DNA of 64,000 nt, counting the filler, from Paramecium tetraurelia (lineage: Eukaryota), in assembly GCA_000165425.1 (NCBI GenBank). It is 6 parts of 6 records of this genome, joined end to end, with 100 filler letters (N's around TTAATTAATTAA, not from the genome) between each part and the next. Parts side by side here need not be neighbours in the genome. Positions count along the whole stretch, not along the records: positions 1 to 23,992 come from CT868089.1; positions 24,093 to 47,782 come from CT868090.1; 4 more parts are not named here. One strand, 5' to 3'. The first letter of the stretch is position 1. Every line of letters starts with the position of its first letter. Under the pieces are notes generated by a model. The model worked only from the letters and a program-made list of their open reading frames with translations. It did no database searches and was not told the origin of the DNA. The position numbers and the translations under genes are program-made. Positions 15,782-29,100 of the stretch are shown piece by piece.

Positions 15782-17603
15782 ATGGGTATAAACAATTTTG
15801 GAGTTTATAATATTGAGGTAAGGAATGAGGTAAAGCTTGGAAATGAATGGCTCAAAAATGTTAAACTCTCAAATAAGTTAAGAAAATCTGGTTAGACTTC
15901 AAAAATTAAATAGAATTATTAAGTCTGGATAGATTATAATTAACCAGATAAATTGAAGTTAAATTATGATAAGATGAGACTAACCTATATTAATAGTTTA
16001 GTTTGAAGTTGCTCAAATTTAATAATTATAAATAAGTCAGACTAAAGTCAAACTAAAGATTTGAAACCCTTCATTAACGTTATGACTGAGATTCTATTAA
16101 ACTAATAATGTTAAGAATAAGTATTTGCAACTCAAAACAAAGGTAATCTATAAATACAACTACTAGTTAACACATCCTTTCATCTTGCTGAGAGTTTTAA
16201 AAAGATACTCAAAGTTATTATGAGTTTTAATTAATCACTTGAATACTTTTGAAACTAAAAAGATATTTGATTATATAATGAAAGAATAAGGATAACTTTA
16301 AGAATTATTAACTTTATTATGATATTAAAATTGTAAAATAATTGATTTAAAACACTATTTAATAAATTTGCATCAATATAACATTTTAATACTTAAAACA
16401 AATACTTGATTGACAAAGATTAATAAGGTGTTATTTATTTTAAGAGTGTTCTTTGAATATATTGATATACTCAAGAAGCAAAATTATAATCTCGTTCTTT
16501 TGGATGTATAAAATTTAATTTCTTAAAATTATTACTTTAAAACATAATGTTGATTATGGTAACAACCCTAAACAATATTGATGAATTTACTTATATTAAT
16601 AAAATGATGAAGGTGAATTATAAATTCTACATGGAAATCATTTTAATTACAGACAAACAATAAAGGATTGTAGACAATTTAAAAAATATTGTTCATTAAC
16701 TTCTTTGTATTTTCCTAACCTTATAATAATGAATTATTAACTTAATGATTATAAATTCTGCAGTCAAGAATTTTGTAACTTATATGTGCTGGTTACCAAT
16801 TCTAAAACGTTAAATTATTTATCACTAGCTCTATAACAAACTCTCTAAAGAATTAGGAAATTATGTTTGAATTCGAGAGCTAAACCTGGATTAATGAAGA
16901 GGGAAATGTAAAGATCGAAGATTTGTAAAGAACAATCAGATATTAATGGTTCATAAAAGAAAATTGGGAAAAAACTTATGATTGAGCATGAAGACGAATA
17001 TTCATTTACAATAGAAATCATATTAGCATATTAGGATTCTAATATATTCTGATTGGGCATTCACTAGAGAAATTCAAATTAGAATATAAAATATCACTCC
17101 AAAGTTTTAATTCAAGATAATTCATATTGAGAGCAGATCTAAATGCAAGATTCAGGAAGGACATTAACTAATTAATTTGATTTCAGCCTTAATACAAGAA
17201 AAATAAAAAAAAGTGATAGAATAATTTGGAAGAATAAAATTTTGGAAAAACTTTCGTAAATTTGATTTTTTATTTTAAAAAGAGAATCAGAAATATAACT
17301 CAATTTTAACATTAAAAAGAAATGATATCAGCCCACACCTATTAAAGTGCTAATACTCAAGATGAAGTGGGAAAATATTTAATACCTGGTACTTAATAAC
17401 AAAAAGACAAGAGGGAGGTTATGCAATCGGTTGTAAAGAATGGGATTTAGAGCCAGATTATAAGGATATGAAACTATCTGACCTAATTTAAAATTCTAAA
17501 AGGAGAGGAATTTATTATTAATTATAAGAAGATAATACATAGGTAGTTTCTTAAATACATTAAAGAAAGGCAATAAAGGACTTAAAATCGTTTGAAGAAT
17601 GGG
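15782..17603 (+). pseudogene. Degenerate hypothetical protein gene
   Basis: Coding-like terminal stretch EWDLEPDYKDMKLSDLIQNSKRRGIYYQL...FEEWVIFDIN*; upstream portion broken by TGA and frameshifts. Confidence 0.3.
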
Positions 17604-19364
17604 TTATTTTTGATATTAATTGATATTAAAATAAATTTAAAATAGAATTAATATATTATAATTAATAAGTTTAAATTCAAATTAAAAACTTCAATGGTCT
17701 AATTTATTGTTTTTCTGCATATGCTAACTCAAGGTTTTAAGTTCAAACATTTTAAGAAAAAAAATCTCAAAGAATTTCAACAATATTAATGATTTAACTT
17801 AAAATATTATAAATCTCATAAATCTACTTGTGTTTCAAATATTTCAAATAGGATAACTTTGTGAAAGCAAATAATAATAAACATAATCATCAATGGACAC
17901 ACAGCTGGCTTGTAGTAAAGTACCCATAACTGGAATAATATACCATTACCTAAATCACTTTAATCGATTAGCATCATAAACATTAAATACTAATTTTTAC
18001 CCAAATTATAGTTCCATCTCATAAGATAGCGAGATGCAAAGCATTAATGACTTTAGAAGACACCAGACATATTACGTATGCGAGTGTCTGCATTTTTACA
18101 TCCTGATTACTTCCTTCATAAGAGATACATAATTTATTTCTTTCCATTAAGGTTAATTATGTTTCTGATCAAAATTTTCTATTATTATGTAAATTTATCA
18201 ATTATGCTATTTTAAATATTTTTTAATTTTCACTTACCTGTTTAATCCCCCTAAAAAAGTGTAAGTCTTCAATTTCTTTCATACCTCTAGCATATAAATT
18301 CAACTTTACTATGTTTAAGATAAAGGGCTTGGATCATTACTAATCTAGTGCAGTTCAAATTTATTCCGAACCATCTTCGCCTTAAGTAGATCATCCATTT
18401 TAATAAAAGCTATAAAGGAGATGCAATCAACTTCTTGAACAAAAATATCGATTTATCACTTGAATTTATAGGACCAGACCTACTAGATTGAAAGCAGAAA
18501 TTTGGGGATTTAATTAAAATTTAAAAAATATAATGGTAATGAACTATAATAATAATATTTATTATGGATAGGAGTATTGTTTATATTCTTTTTAGGCTGA
18601 TACAACTCTTAAGAAGGAAATGCATCTATAGGTTCGATTGAAACAAAGATTACAGATTTATTTAAAAAGGAAATTATTTATCAAAAAATTATCTAGCAGA
18701 TATTTCATTGTTGTATTATTCAATGTTCCTCACAAAGGTTCTTTAGATCAGAAATAAATTAGATAAAGAATTGTATTTCCAATTGCTACTAAAATGAATT
18801 TATATTAAAAATATAAAAAATAGAGCAACCATCATTAAGAATTCCAGAAATTGAAGAAAAATAAGCCATCCGATAAAAATGGCTCAGTAATATTATATTC
18901 ACAGCTAATGAAGCAGTGAAAACTGTAAAAATTATCAAAACGCAGATTGAATAATTGGGGTTGTCGATGATTTGATGTAAATATTATTAAGAAAAACTCT
19001 ATTTTAACAATTTGATGCAAAAAAACCCGAAAATAATTTTCAAGAGATTCAAAATTCATATTATTAAATGAAAACAAAAATTGGAAAAAGAAGAGTCGAT
19101 TGAAAATTTTTTAATGTTAAAAGTATAAATATCCTTACATATTGAATGATCAGTAAGGATATTCTCACTTTAGGAGATAAATTAGTAAAGATTATAAGCA
19201 AAGACAAATAATCTTTTATGGTTTAGCTTATCACTTAACATTTAATTGTTAAATGTAATGTGTAAATATCATCTTTAAACTAATTAATAAAAAGTAAATG
19301 AAAACAAAGTAAAAAAAATTTCTTTTAACATTTTTAATTATTTTTTTATAAATCAATTTATTTA

Positions 19365-21316
19365 ATGAAAGTGTTTACTTGTCAAGATATAGCGCATGAA
19401 GGGGAAATTATATAAGGATTTTGCTTAAATTTTGGATGCTAGGATTAAAGACCTTAGTTCTGTCTATAGTGTGGACTTGATCCTAAGAAGCATTCTAATT
19501 GCAAGAAAGATCTAAAAGGATTTGGTTAGATTTAAAGCTTTATCACAAAATTCAATTAGAAAATATTTGATTTAGCTACTTAATTGAATAAATCATTTAC
19601 ATCAGTCAAAATAAAATGTGAAGAATTCTCAAAATAATTGGAGACTATGTAAATATAATTAGTGAGGATATCTGAATTTTTAAGTCAATATGATTATTAA
19701 TAAATGAAAGCAAATTTGTAAGTGATTAAGGAATGTTATCAATATTTAAATAATTAAGAAGAAACTCTGAAGTAGTATTAAATTGGTATTATATATAAGT
19801 AATATTTATAGGAGCTTAATTAGATAGAATTAAAAAAATGGTTTAGGCATTGGATTTAGATAAAGGATAATAATAGAATTATGATAATTAACAGGATAAT
19901 GAAAATGGACTCTNNNNNNNNNNNNNNNNNNNNNNNNNNNNNNNNNNNNNNNNNNNNNNNNNNNNNNNNNNNNNNNNNNNNNNNNNNNNNNNNNNNNNNN
20001 NATACTAATTAGTAGAATTGTACGAGCCTAATGAAAATTCTACCTCATATATAAATTATCAGAAAAACATAATCGTTGCAACATTCTTTAAAAGTAATTC
20101 GATTCTACCTTAGACAATTAGGTATTTGTTTAATTGAGATGAATCAACCAGGATAAGGAAGAATTATGTTGGAATAAGCGGAAAAAATTCATAATCACTC
20201 ATATAGAGACCTCTTAGATTATTCAGATCAAGAATTAAGGAAAACTCCATAAAATACTCTCATCTTAATTGCAAAAAGTTAATGAAAATTTATCACTCAT
20301 ATAGGCTATGCTTTAAACGAAGAAGAGAAATCTCATTTGGCTATTGAGTAATGCGAAAAAGTTTTGAGAGAGTAACCTTAACATCTTCATGCTTTGTATA
20401 GAAAAAGTAATCTTTTGTCATACAATCAGGCTTTTCTTTAAAAGATCTGAAACAATATTCATAAGCAATCTCATACATTAACGTAGCTCTAAAATATAAT
20501 CCATAGTATAGTATTGGTTATTTCTTAAAAGGTATCTTAGATGATGAATTTAGGGTATTCCTTAGGAGATGAGGGGAAATATAAAGCTGGAATTGATTGC
20601 TATGATAAAACAATTTAATTAGATCCGAATTTTGCAATGGCTTATAATAATAAAGGTTTGAAATACCTTAATTTTGTTAGGTTATGCCTTATTTAAACTT
20701 AATAATTATAATGATGCGATTGCATGCTATGACAAAGCAATACAACTAGAGCCAAATATGATAAGGGCCTATAATAATAAAGGTTTGGAATGTTTTGATT
20801 TTATTAGGTTTTGCTTTAATGAGTCTTAATAAATATAGCGAAGCTATTGTTTGGATTGATAAAGCAATCCAACTAAATCCAAATTCTGCAACAACGTATT
20901 TTATTAAAGGTTTGAGATGTCCTAATTTTAATAGGTAATGCCTTACATAGCCTTAATAAATCAGAGGATGCAATTTTTTGCTATGACAAAGGAATTCAAC
21001 TAAATCCAAATGATGCAACAGCTTATTTTAACAAAGGTTTTAAATATCTTGATTGTATTAGGTAATGTCTTATATAGTCTAAACAAATATGAGGATGCAA
21101 TTGCTTGCTATGATAAAGGAATTGAACTAGATCCAAGTCATGCAATAGCTTATTTTAATAAAGGTTTGAAAATTCTTAAATGTAATAGGTGAAATATTAA
21201 CTTTTATTAAGAATTACTCATCAGCTATAGAGAATTATGAGCGAGCAATTTAGTATTGCCAATAAGATTAGGATGATTTTAAATGTTTAATTTGGGAATT
21301 AAAAAATAAATAATGA
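19365..21316 (+). CDS. Cys/His-motif + coiled-coil + TPR-repeat protein (spans gap 19914-20001)
   Basis: N-terminus MKVFTCQDIAHEGEIIQGFCLNFGCQDQRPQFCLQCGLDPKKHSNC. TPR units such as GYALFKLNNYNDAIACYDKAIQLEPNMIRAYNNK. Introns at 20278-20304, 20407-20429, 20532-20553, 20656-20680, 20783-20807, 20910-20934, 21037-21061 and 21164-21188. TGA at 21314-21316. Confidence 0.88.
20656..21188 (+). repeat. 127-bp tandem unit (25-nt intron + 102-nt TPR exon)
   Basis: Donor sites at 20656, 20783, 20910, 21037 and 21164, exact period 127; the introns share GTTT...TAG similarity. Confidence 0.9.
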
Positions 21317-21399
21317 TAATTTATAGTTATCAATTAATATATAATTGGGTTAAAGGTTAATTTTATTAATATAACTTTTCATTTGATTTAAACAAAAGG

Positions 21400-22260
21400 G
21401 ATATTTACACATCTTATTGATGGTAGAATATAGAAGCTCAATTACCTAGCAACATCTTCATGTTAAAATTTTAGAATTAATTCATTTTCACATAACTTCC
21501 TTTTACTTTCTCTTAAGTGTACTTCTAAATTCCTTTAAATAGCTAAATATTTCAAGCTATCTCATCGAGGTCTAATAAATTTTTCCCCTATCGTCTGCTT
21601 TTGTAATTGTATACACATTTTCAGCTCGATATTATCTTAGCACATTTCAGCCTCATAAAAGGAATTCATAAAGGATGAAATTAATCTACCCATTTTGAAA
21701 ACTTAATTTTTTATTAAGAAAAATTGGTTTTCTTCTATTAAATAACATTCTAGTATATAATTTCATACAGTCTTAAAAATAAAGACTCCATCGGAATAGA
21801 AATTTGAATAAAAAGATTATATCCTTCTTTTCAACCTCAATTTTATGATAATTAAATACAAATCCAAAACTGATATTACTCTGTAAATGATCTTTCATTC
21901 TTGCGATCAGGTACTCTTTTTTATAGAGATTTAATAAACAGATAGCCAAACCATTTTAATTCTACTTTCCTCATTTATTATCATATAATGTTTAATCCAC
22001 TTCTTCCTTTCTCCTTAGATGATCCATATTATAGTATATCAAATTGCCTTATTATTTTCTTTCGACCTTCTCTCCATCCATATAACCTAAGTTCTAACTT
22101 ACTCATCCTAAATTTTTGCTCGCTCAACATTTCTTCCCCATTATGTTCGAATTAATGATGTATATTTCTTAACTAACCTTGATAAAAATTTTTGAATAGA
22201 CGCTAATCAATTTTGTTATTTTTTATCTAAACCTTAGAATGCTTCCATTTAAGATATTTA
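21400..22260 (-). pseudogene. Degenerate MORN-variant-like repeat gene (ciliate Gly/Lys/Trp-rich family)
   Basis: Fragments GWREGRKKIIRQFDILQYGSSKEKGRSGLNII*QQMRKVELKWFGY with an in-frame TGA; family assignment from recalled resemblance. Confidence 0.35.
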
Positions 22261-23149
22261 ATAGTAAAAGCAATTAATATTTTTGTTCAAAAATAACAGA
22301 ATTCTATTTAATAAACGAAATTAATTTCATTCACATACTTTTTTCAGATACAAAAAAAAAAAAACTTGTATTTCATTTGATTTCCAAAAATTTTAAGTTA
22401 AACAATAATGCTAAAGATATAATAAAACAAATATTGTAAAGATTTGAATCAGTAATAAGAGTCTTATTGCTTAAGAGAATCTTCTTAGAATTCATAAATT
22501 GAAATGTTACCCTCAATTATTGTGTTTTATATTATTGATATCAGACTAAAGTTTTTTTATAAAACCAAAATTTTTTACAAATTTTTTTGTTATATTTATT
22601 AAACAGATATCACTATTAACTCTTTAAATGATTTAATCGTACTTCTTTTCTTGCTTAAAATTATTTATGTGGACAAGATAAATTTTATAAATAATTTCTT
22701 TAAAATAAATATTTCTATTTTATGCAGCATAATAACAATAACTTTTTAATTGAATAATTATAAGATTCCAATTTATACTTTTGAAATGACGATTATCAAC
22801 ATATGTACAGGGAGACATGAATAGAAGTGTAGTATAATCGTTATTATAAAAACTATTAAAATTTTGAAGAACGTAATTAAGCTATGATTATAAATCTAAT
22901 TTCAACCTACAACATCTCTGTAAGTGATGATAGTTGAAGTCAATATTTTAAATCTTCACATTGTATTTTCTTTAAATAATCACATTTATGATAATGCAAT
23001 TATATTAAAAGAGAATTAGATTAGTAACTATGAATATTTTATATAGTTTATTATCATTCTTGATCGAGCAAGCTATTTCATATTTTGCATAATCTTGTTC
23101 ATCATTAAAAGGCAATATGGTGTCATAGACATAAGATGTCATAAAAGAT

Positions 23150-23950
23150 GGTTCATATATTTGAACTGCACTCTAAATTGAAACACCAACTAGTTGTTCC
23201 CCTTCTAAATGCACAGATGTACCCTCGACTTTTCACAGATGTACAACATATAAATATATTGTGGTTTAAGTATTGCTTTTGCAGATGTAGATATAATATA
23301 ATAATATTTTGTTATTAGAATTAATACTATAAGAATAAGTTATATTAAATTTTATTACGCAATCCTCTTCTGTTTGCTCTACTAATAAAAGTGATGATAA
23401 TTTATTAGCTCTTGGGCATCTCAATGTAGATTAATCGAAGTATTGTGTGCCTGCACTGAGGCAAAATGTGAAGATTTACCCTTGTCTGTTAGTTGTGAAT
23501 AATTATTACCCTGCATATTCTATAATGTGCACTTTCATTGGAACTGGAAATGGTTGTGCAACTAAGAGAGCATGTACTACTTATAAAAAGAAGGAAATAT
23601 CCGCAGAGTTGAGAAGTGTTTGATGCTATAGCCACATTAATATGGGATTCTGCATGTTATTCATTCATTGAAGGTTGAGTCAGTAATGGTGCTGGATGTA
23701 TGAAATCTAAATTCCCTTGTGATAAGACATAAGTTAAATATCTCTAAGACTTTTCTGTTCGGCCATGCATCTGGATTAACAATACTTGTGGTTAATATTA
23801 TAATTGAACTGAACTGGTAAACAAGCGTAGCTGCATAAAGCGTTTCTAAGAATTGCACAATAGATGAAAACAAGTGCAATTCTTTAAAGATTTGTATCAA
23901 TTAATTTAGATAAAATTAATGTACAAATGGTACAGATAGTGTTTGTGGTT
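23150..23950 (+). pseudogene. Degenerate Cys-rich surface-antigen-like repeat fragment
   Basis: CSPSKCTDVPSTF and CTIDENKCNSLKICINQFRQNQCTNGTDSVCG; frameshifted and truncated by the scaffold end. Confidence 0.45.
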
Positions 23951-23992
23951 CCGATCCGTGCTTCGGATATCATGGGATCCCAGAGAGTCTGT

Positions 23993-24092
23993 NNNNNNNN
24001 NNNNNNNNNNNNNNNNNNNNNNNNNNNNNNNNNNNNTTAATTAATTAANNNNNNNNNNNNNNNNNNNNNNNNNNNNNNNNNNNNNNNNNNNN
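23993..24092. other. Artificial scaffold-joining spacer (44N-TTAATTAATTAA-44N)
   Basis: Exactly 100 bp with a six-frame-stop linker at 24037-24048; the same structure recurs five times in the window. Confidence 0.97.
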
Positions 24093-24959
24093 TATAATTG
24101 AAGATAGTACTTATTAATTTAAAAATTAAGTTGCTACCAATTCGTTATCAATTTTTATTTTTGCTGTTGATGTAGGATAATTGAATATCAAGACTTTCAA
24201 GTTAAAACTAATCATACTATGATGCTTCAAAGCAAAATCTTTGATAAGATTATCGCCTTATGATGTTAAATAATTGAAATCTATATAGATTTATTATCAA
24301 TACCTGTGCATTATTATATTTATTAAGAAACTATGTTGTTAGTCATCCATCCATCATCTAAAGATATGGAGGAGAAAACTTTTTTATTAAACGATTAATA
24401 AACTAATTCCCAAAGATTTTGAGTAGTATTTTCCACATTTAAATTAAATTCAGAAAATCCCCAATAATTCTCATTAGAGACCATAGTAATTTAAACCGAA
24501 GAACTTGAGTGAACAATATTTTGTGATATTTAATATGATCCAAATGGTGGACAATTGTTTGTAAGACTGAGTTGGGAAGTTAAGATAAGTAGTTAAAGGT
24601 TGTTATCAACATATAAATAGAATTTATATTAATAAGAGGATGTACTATCTTCATAATTATAATTACATCCAAAGTTTAAATGACAGGTTGATTAAATCAT
24701 GTAATGGAAGCTCAAAAGTTTTTGAAATTAAGCCATTAAAATAGTTAGCGCAATCACTCATGACTACTACGTTTGATAATCCACAACTTACCTAAGAATA
24801 ACCATGACCATCCCTTTAGTAAATATTCCAATCTTAATATAACAATAACATACCAAAGCTTGTTTATGTAAAAGCTCCATAAAAATTACTATAAATTAGT
24901 TCTGATCTACTAATTGTTATTAAGAGGACATAAACTTTCACAAAAAATAGTGTTTTCAT
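24093..24959 (-). CDS. Gene A copy 1 (5' part): signal-peptide Cys-rich membrane protein, truncated by scaffold end
   Basis: ATG at 24959, MKTLFFVKVYVLLITISRSELIYSNFYG; collinear with copies 2-4, including the 21-nt first intron. Confidence 0.8.
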
Positions 24960-25227
24960 TGTAGATATCTCTTAGTTCTATAAAATTCAAAAAAAAATTG
25001 ATTTATTTTATAATTATCAGCCTCTATAATTCTATTAACTCTAAAATAAATTAATTAGAAATCACTGTCAAAGCTAAATGCATATTCAAGACATCTTATA
25101 CTAATATGATACTTAAATTTATTAAATATTTATTTGTAATTTAAAAATATACTTATGTAAATATATCAATTTTATTTTTAATTCGCTTGGTTTATATTAA
25201 ATTTGTAAGATAAACTGGAGCATAGAA

Positions 25228-25308
25228 GTCAGTTTGGCCGAGTGGTTAAGGCGGTGGACTTGAAATCCACTGGGTTTACCCGCGCAGGTTCGAATCCTGC
25301 AGCTGACG
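25228..25308 (+). tRNA. tRNA-Ser, anticodon UGA
   Basis: Acceptor stem GTCAGTT/AGCTGAC + discriminator G; A-box TGGCCGAGTGG; anticodon arm GTGGA-CTTGAAA-TCCAC; long variable arm; B-box GGTTCGAATCC; T-run terminator follows. Confidence 0.97.
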
Positions 25309-25754
25309 ATTTTTTCTAAGGTTGAATCATATTTGGATATAATCGATGGTTAAAATCATTCTTTCAAAAAAGATAAATAGTTATATAAGGCTACTATCTT
25401 AATTGATCTCAGGTGGTTTAATTAGAACTGTCTAGTTCAAGTTGTCTATCATTCTAAAAGAATTTTAAGAGTTTTTTTATTGGAAAGGTTTTATATTATT
25501 TAGCTTAGAAAATTTAAATGATTTCTTTCTTTTTGGTCCTTTCAATTCAAAATGATCTTGCAATCCTTCAAGTTTTTAATTTATATTAAATACAATAATG
25601 AGTTTAATTATCATCCTACAATCATTAATGTTGGTCTGGATATAGACTTTAATAGAATTAAATTAATGAGAATTATTAATTAAAACCTAATAAACATAGG
25701 ATTTAAGAATGTATTCTAATTATATTAAATATTAAACTATAAATGAGTTAAATT

Positions 25755-25980
25755 TTATATATAGTATCAAAATGAGTTTTCTTCTTCATCATTTTTGATC
25801 GATTTGAATGCTTTCTTAACTTATTAATTGCAAATCTCCTTGATTTTATGATTGAATCTAAGTTTACAACTTATAATTGTTACCAAAAAAGTCTAAATGT
25901 AAAGTTATTTCTTTATTTTTAAATCTTAGATAATACAGATTTTACTTTGGTTTAAAGCAAAATCTGTAGATTTTAGTCTT
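25755..25980 (-). pseudogene. Remnant of ORF B (copy 1)
   Basis: atagtatcaaaatgagttttcttcttcatcatt matches B2 near 31900-31932 (DEEE.NFDTI); the rest is deleted or decayed. Confidence 0.55.
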
Positions 25981-26183
25981 CATTTAATCTTTGATTTAAA
26001 AATTAAATCAGTCTATGGATATTATGATAATATCCTAATTATTAACTCAATAACTTAGATATTCATAATTTTATATCTATAAAATACTACTATATAAATA
26101 TATTTAATACTTAAAAGCAAAATATTATATTTTTAAAATATTATTTATCTATAAAATATACAAAATGTGTTAATAATCTAGTT

Positions 26184-29100
26184 TCAATCTGTTACTTCAA
26201 ACAAAATATTCCTAACTGCTCTTATCTTTTCTGATTTTTTTGGTTTGATTATATTATAAAATAATTTAAATTTATTATAAAAATGATAAACACAATTAAT
26301 TAAAGGACCTAATAATCCCAATATTAAACAACCGATTTATAAAAAACCGATTCTTATTATTTAATCATGAGTAAAATGATTGTTAAAATCCTTACAAAAC
26401 GATAAATTAATTAATGTAAATAATATTACAGGGATCTCCACTGATAAGATATTCATCAACTCTAATTTAGTATTTGTAAACTTAATAATCATTATAAAAC
26501 CTATATACATACAGGTGGAAAATGAGAGCATTATAGACTATGCTATTGAGCAATCTTACATTGCAATTAAAATTAACACAAAAGTAAACTTTTTTAATAC
26601 AATAATTAATTGATGCTATTAATCTCTTAATTCTTTAATATCAATTTTAGTATTTTAGCTCCTAAAATTTCTCACAACAATAAATATCCCTAATATAAAA
26701 TATATTGAACAAACTATTTATGAGAAAAAATTTCTAATCCCTGATTATTGGTTAAAGGTTAAATACAATAAAACCTTGAAACTTAAATCCCAAGCATTAG
26801 CATAATAACAATTTATTATAAACTCTAGGTTGTCAAAATTTTAATAATTCTATATGTATTGATTAAATTAATATAGTTTTATTGCAAGCCTCTCAAACGT
26901 TTTTGACTTTTGCTTTCTTATAAAATATATGAAATATGTAGTGAAACAAAATTTTAAGCAAAACTTCAGATAAATTTTGAGAAGTACCAATGATAAAAAG
27001 TATAAAATTACCTAAATTAATTAGCTATATATATTAGTTATTAAATCAGCATTAATTTAATACTGATAAAACTTCCCAAAACATTAAATTATATTAATTC
27101 CTAAATAATCTTCAAAATTATCTTTAATTCCTACAAATTACAAAATTGGTTCTATTGATATCAATTCAGACAGATTAAAAATAAATATAAAGATTTTCTG
27201 GATATTCTACATTTATAAATTTCAAGTATGCGTAAAATTATAAAAGATCTACGATTTCAATAAATTATGTTAGAGAACCAAGAAGGAATGAAAAAATAGC
27301 AAAGCCTCCTAATGTAAGGATAAGACTGTAACCAATTTATTATAAATTGTGAGAAGCATCTACTTATGCTTGATTTAAAACTAAAGGGGCATTTAATTCA
27401 ATTTATTATGAAGATGCTGGTACTAGTAAATCGTTTTCATCCAATAAAATAAGATCGACCTTAACTTCCAAAATTGGGTTTTATGAGAGTTGTTAATTTA
27501 TTTTAATTTTTAATTCATAATCGATATTTCGAGTCTCATTTGAGACTATTTCGATTACACTAAAAATACTTATGTTATAATAAGTCGGGTTAATGTTAAT
27601 TGAATTAAGATTAAAATCTAAAAAGTTTATGTCCTATTAATTTAGTTTAACTTTATTCGTATATGATAATTTAACATATTGTATGTTAAAAGTTGAATTT
27701 AAAAGTTCAATCTAAATTTTAGCCATAGGAAAGCATTAACTTAAAAATGATAAGGAGTCGATACAATTCCAATTTTCTTCAATTTTACATTAATTTGAAC
27801 ATCCATCAGAATTGATCCTGTTTCCATCGTCACATTCTTCGTCTTGGGTTATAATACCATCTCCACAGAAGAAAAACTGATTATTTTCGAAAATCTCTTA
27901 TGGTTTATATTCGAGACAATTAATCCCCATCACAAACTAAGCAATCATTATTGCATTCAGATTGTTCTGGTTCATTTTCTTCACTTTCAGTTGGAACAAT
28001 AGGAATACATTAACCCATTTATATATTCTTCTTCAACTTTACATTTATCTTAACATTTGCCATATTCACAAACTTAACAGCCTTAATTACATTAAGATTA
28101 GCATTCAAATACAACCATCATATCTAATGTCATTTCCATCGTCACATTCCTCTAATCCATTTATAACTATTTTATCACCGCATATTGGCTTACATTTAAA
28201 TTGTTTAACAGTTTAAGAATTTGATTCACATATGATACAATTTAATTCTTTATCACATAATTAACAAAATGATCCACATTCAAATTAACATTCATTACAC
28301 CCATCTTCAATAATCTGATTACCATCATCACATTATTCATTCGAAGTTAATGCTATTTAATTATCTCCACAAATTTGCTAACACTTATTATCAACCAGCT
28401 ACCATCCCTCAAAACAAGCATAACATTTATCCTAAAGACATATTAAACATTCTAATTAGCAGTTTTATATACAAATATAACAATCATTAGTTTACTAGCT
28501 AACTAAATCTTAACAATTACAAGTTTAAACACATTACCTTTTGTTTGGTGAAAATTTATAATCTTCTTCACATCCAGTTTCCCTATCTTATTAATAATGT
28601 TAAATATTTAAAAAATCTGGAAATTAACAAATCGAAAAGCTTGAAATTATGGCTAATCCACAATAATTATTTTGAAGTAAATTATACTATTTAGATTATT
28701 ATAGCATTGATAGTTATTGAGAGTTAGGTTGACATTAAAAGCCATTTTTTTCAAAATAATTAGTCCAATTGTTGAAAAAACCTGTTTCTATTTGATCAAC
28801 AAAGTTTTCACAATTCTATTAGACAGGTGTACACTTATTTTCTATAAGAAAATAGGATTTTTCACATTCTTTACAAGTACCAAAAACACAAAGGATGCAA
28901 TTTAATGGACAAGAAAACTAGCAGTGATGGCAATCATCATATGGAATAGAATTACCATCATCACAAATCTCATTTAACATTAACATATTATCACCACAGA
29001 GTGGGATACAGATATCTTATGGGTCCAAATACCAACCATCTAAACAGTTGATGCAGATCCCATTTACGCAATTACTACAACCAAAATTACAATCGTATTG

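Noticed and set aside
18340..18810. Possible protein kinase relic (LEFIGPDLLD, GVLFIFFLG)
   Set aside because: No HRD, DFG or APE motifs could be found; too degenerate to call.
23951..23992. GC-rich scaffold ends containing GGATCC (also 59800-59829)
   Set aside because: Most likely vector, adapter or low-quality read ends; a VecScreen search would settle it.
24037..24048. Recurring palindrome TTAATTAATTAA as a biological element (e.g. a piggyBac-type TTAA site)
   Set aside because: Always centred in exactly 44N+44N, so it is an artificial linker. Gene adjacency across these points is meaningless.
25228..25308. tRNA with TGA in the loop as a selenocysteine or opal-suppressor tRNA
   Set aside because: Anticodon UGA reads UCA (Ser). 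A UGA-decoding tRNA would have anticodon UCA, and the stems here are ordinary 7/5.
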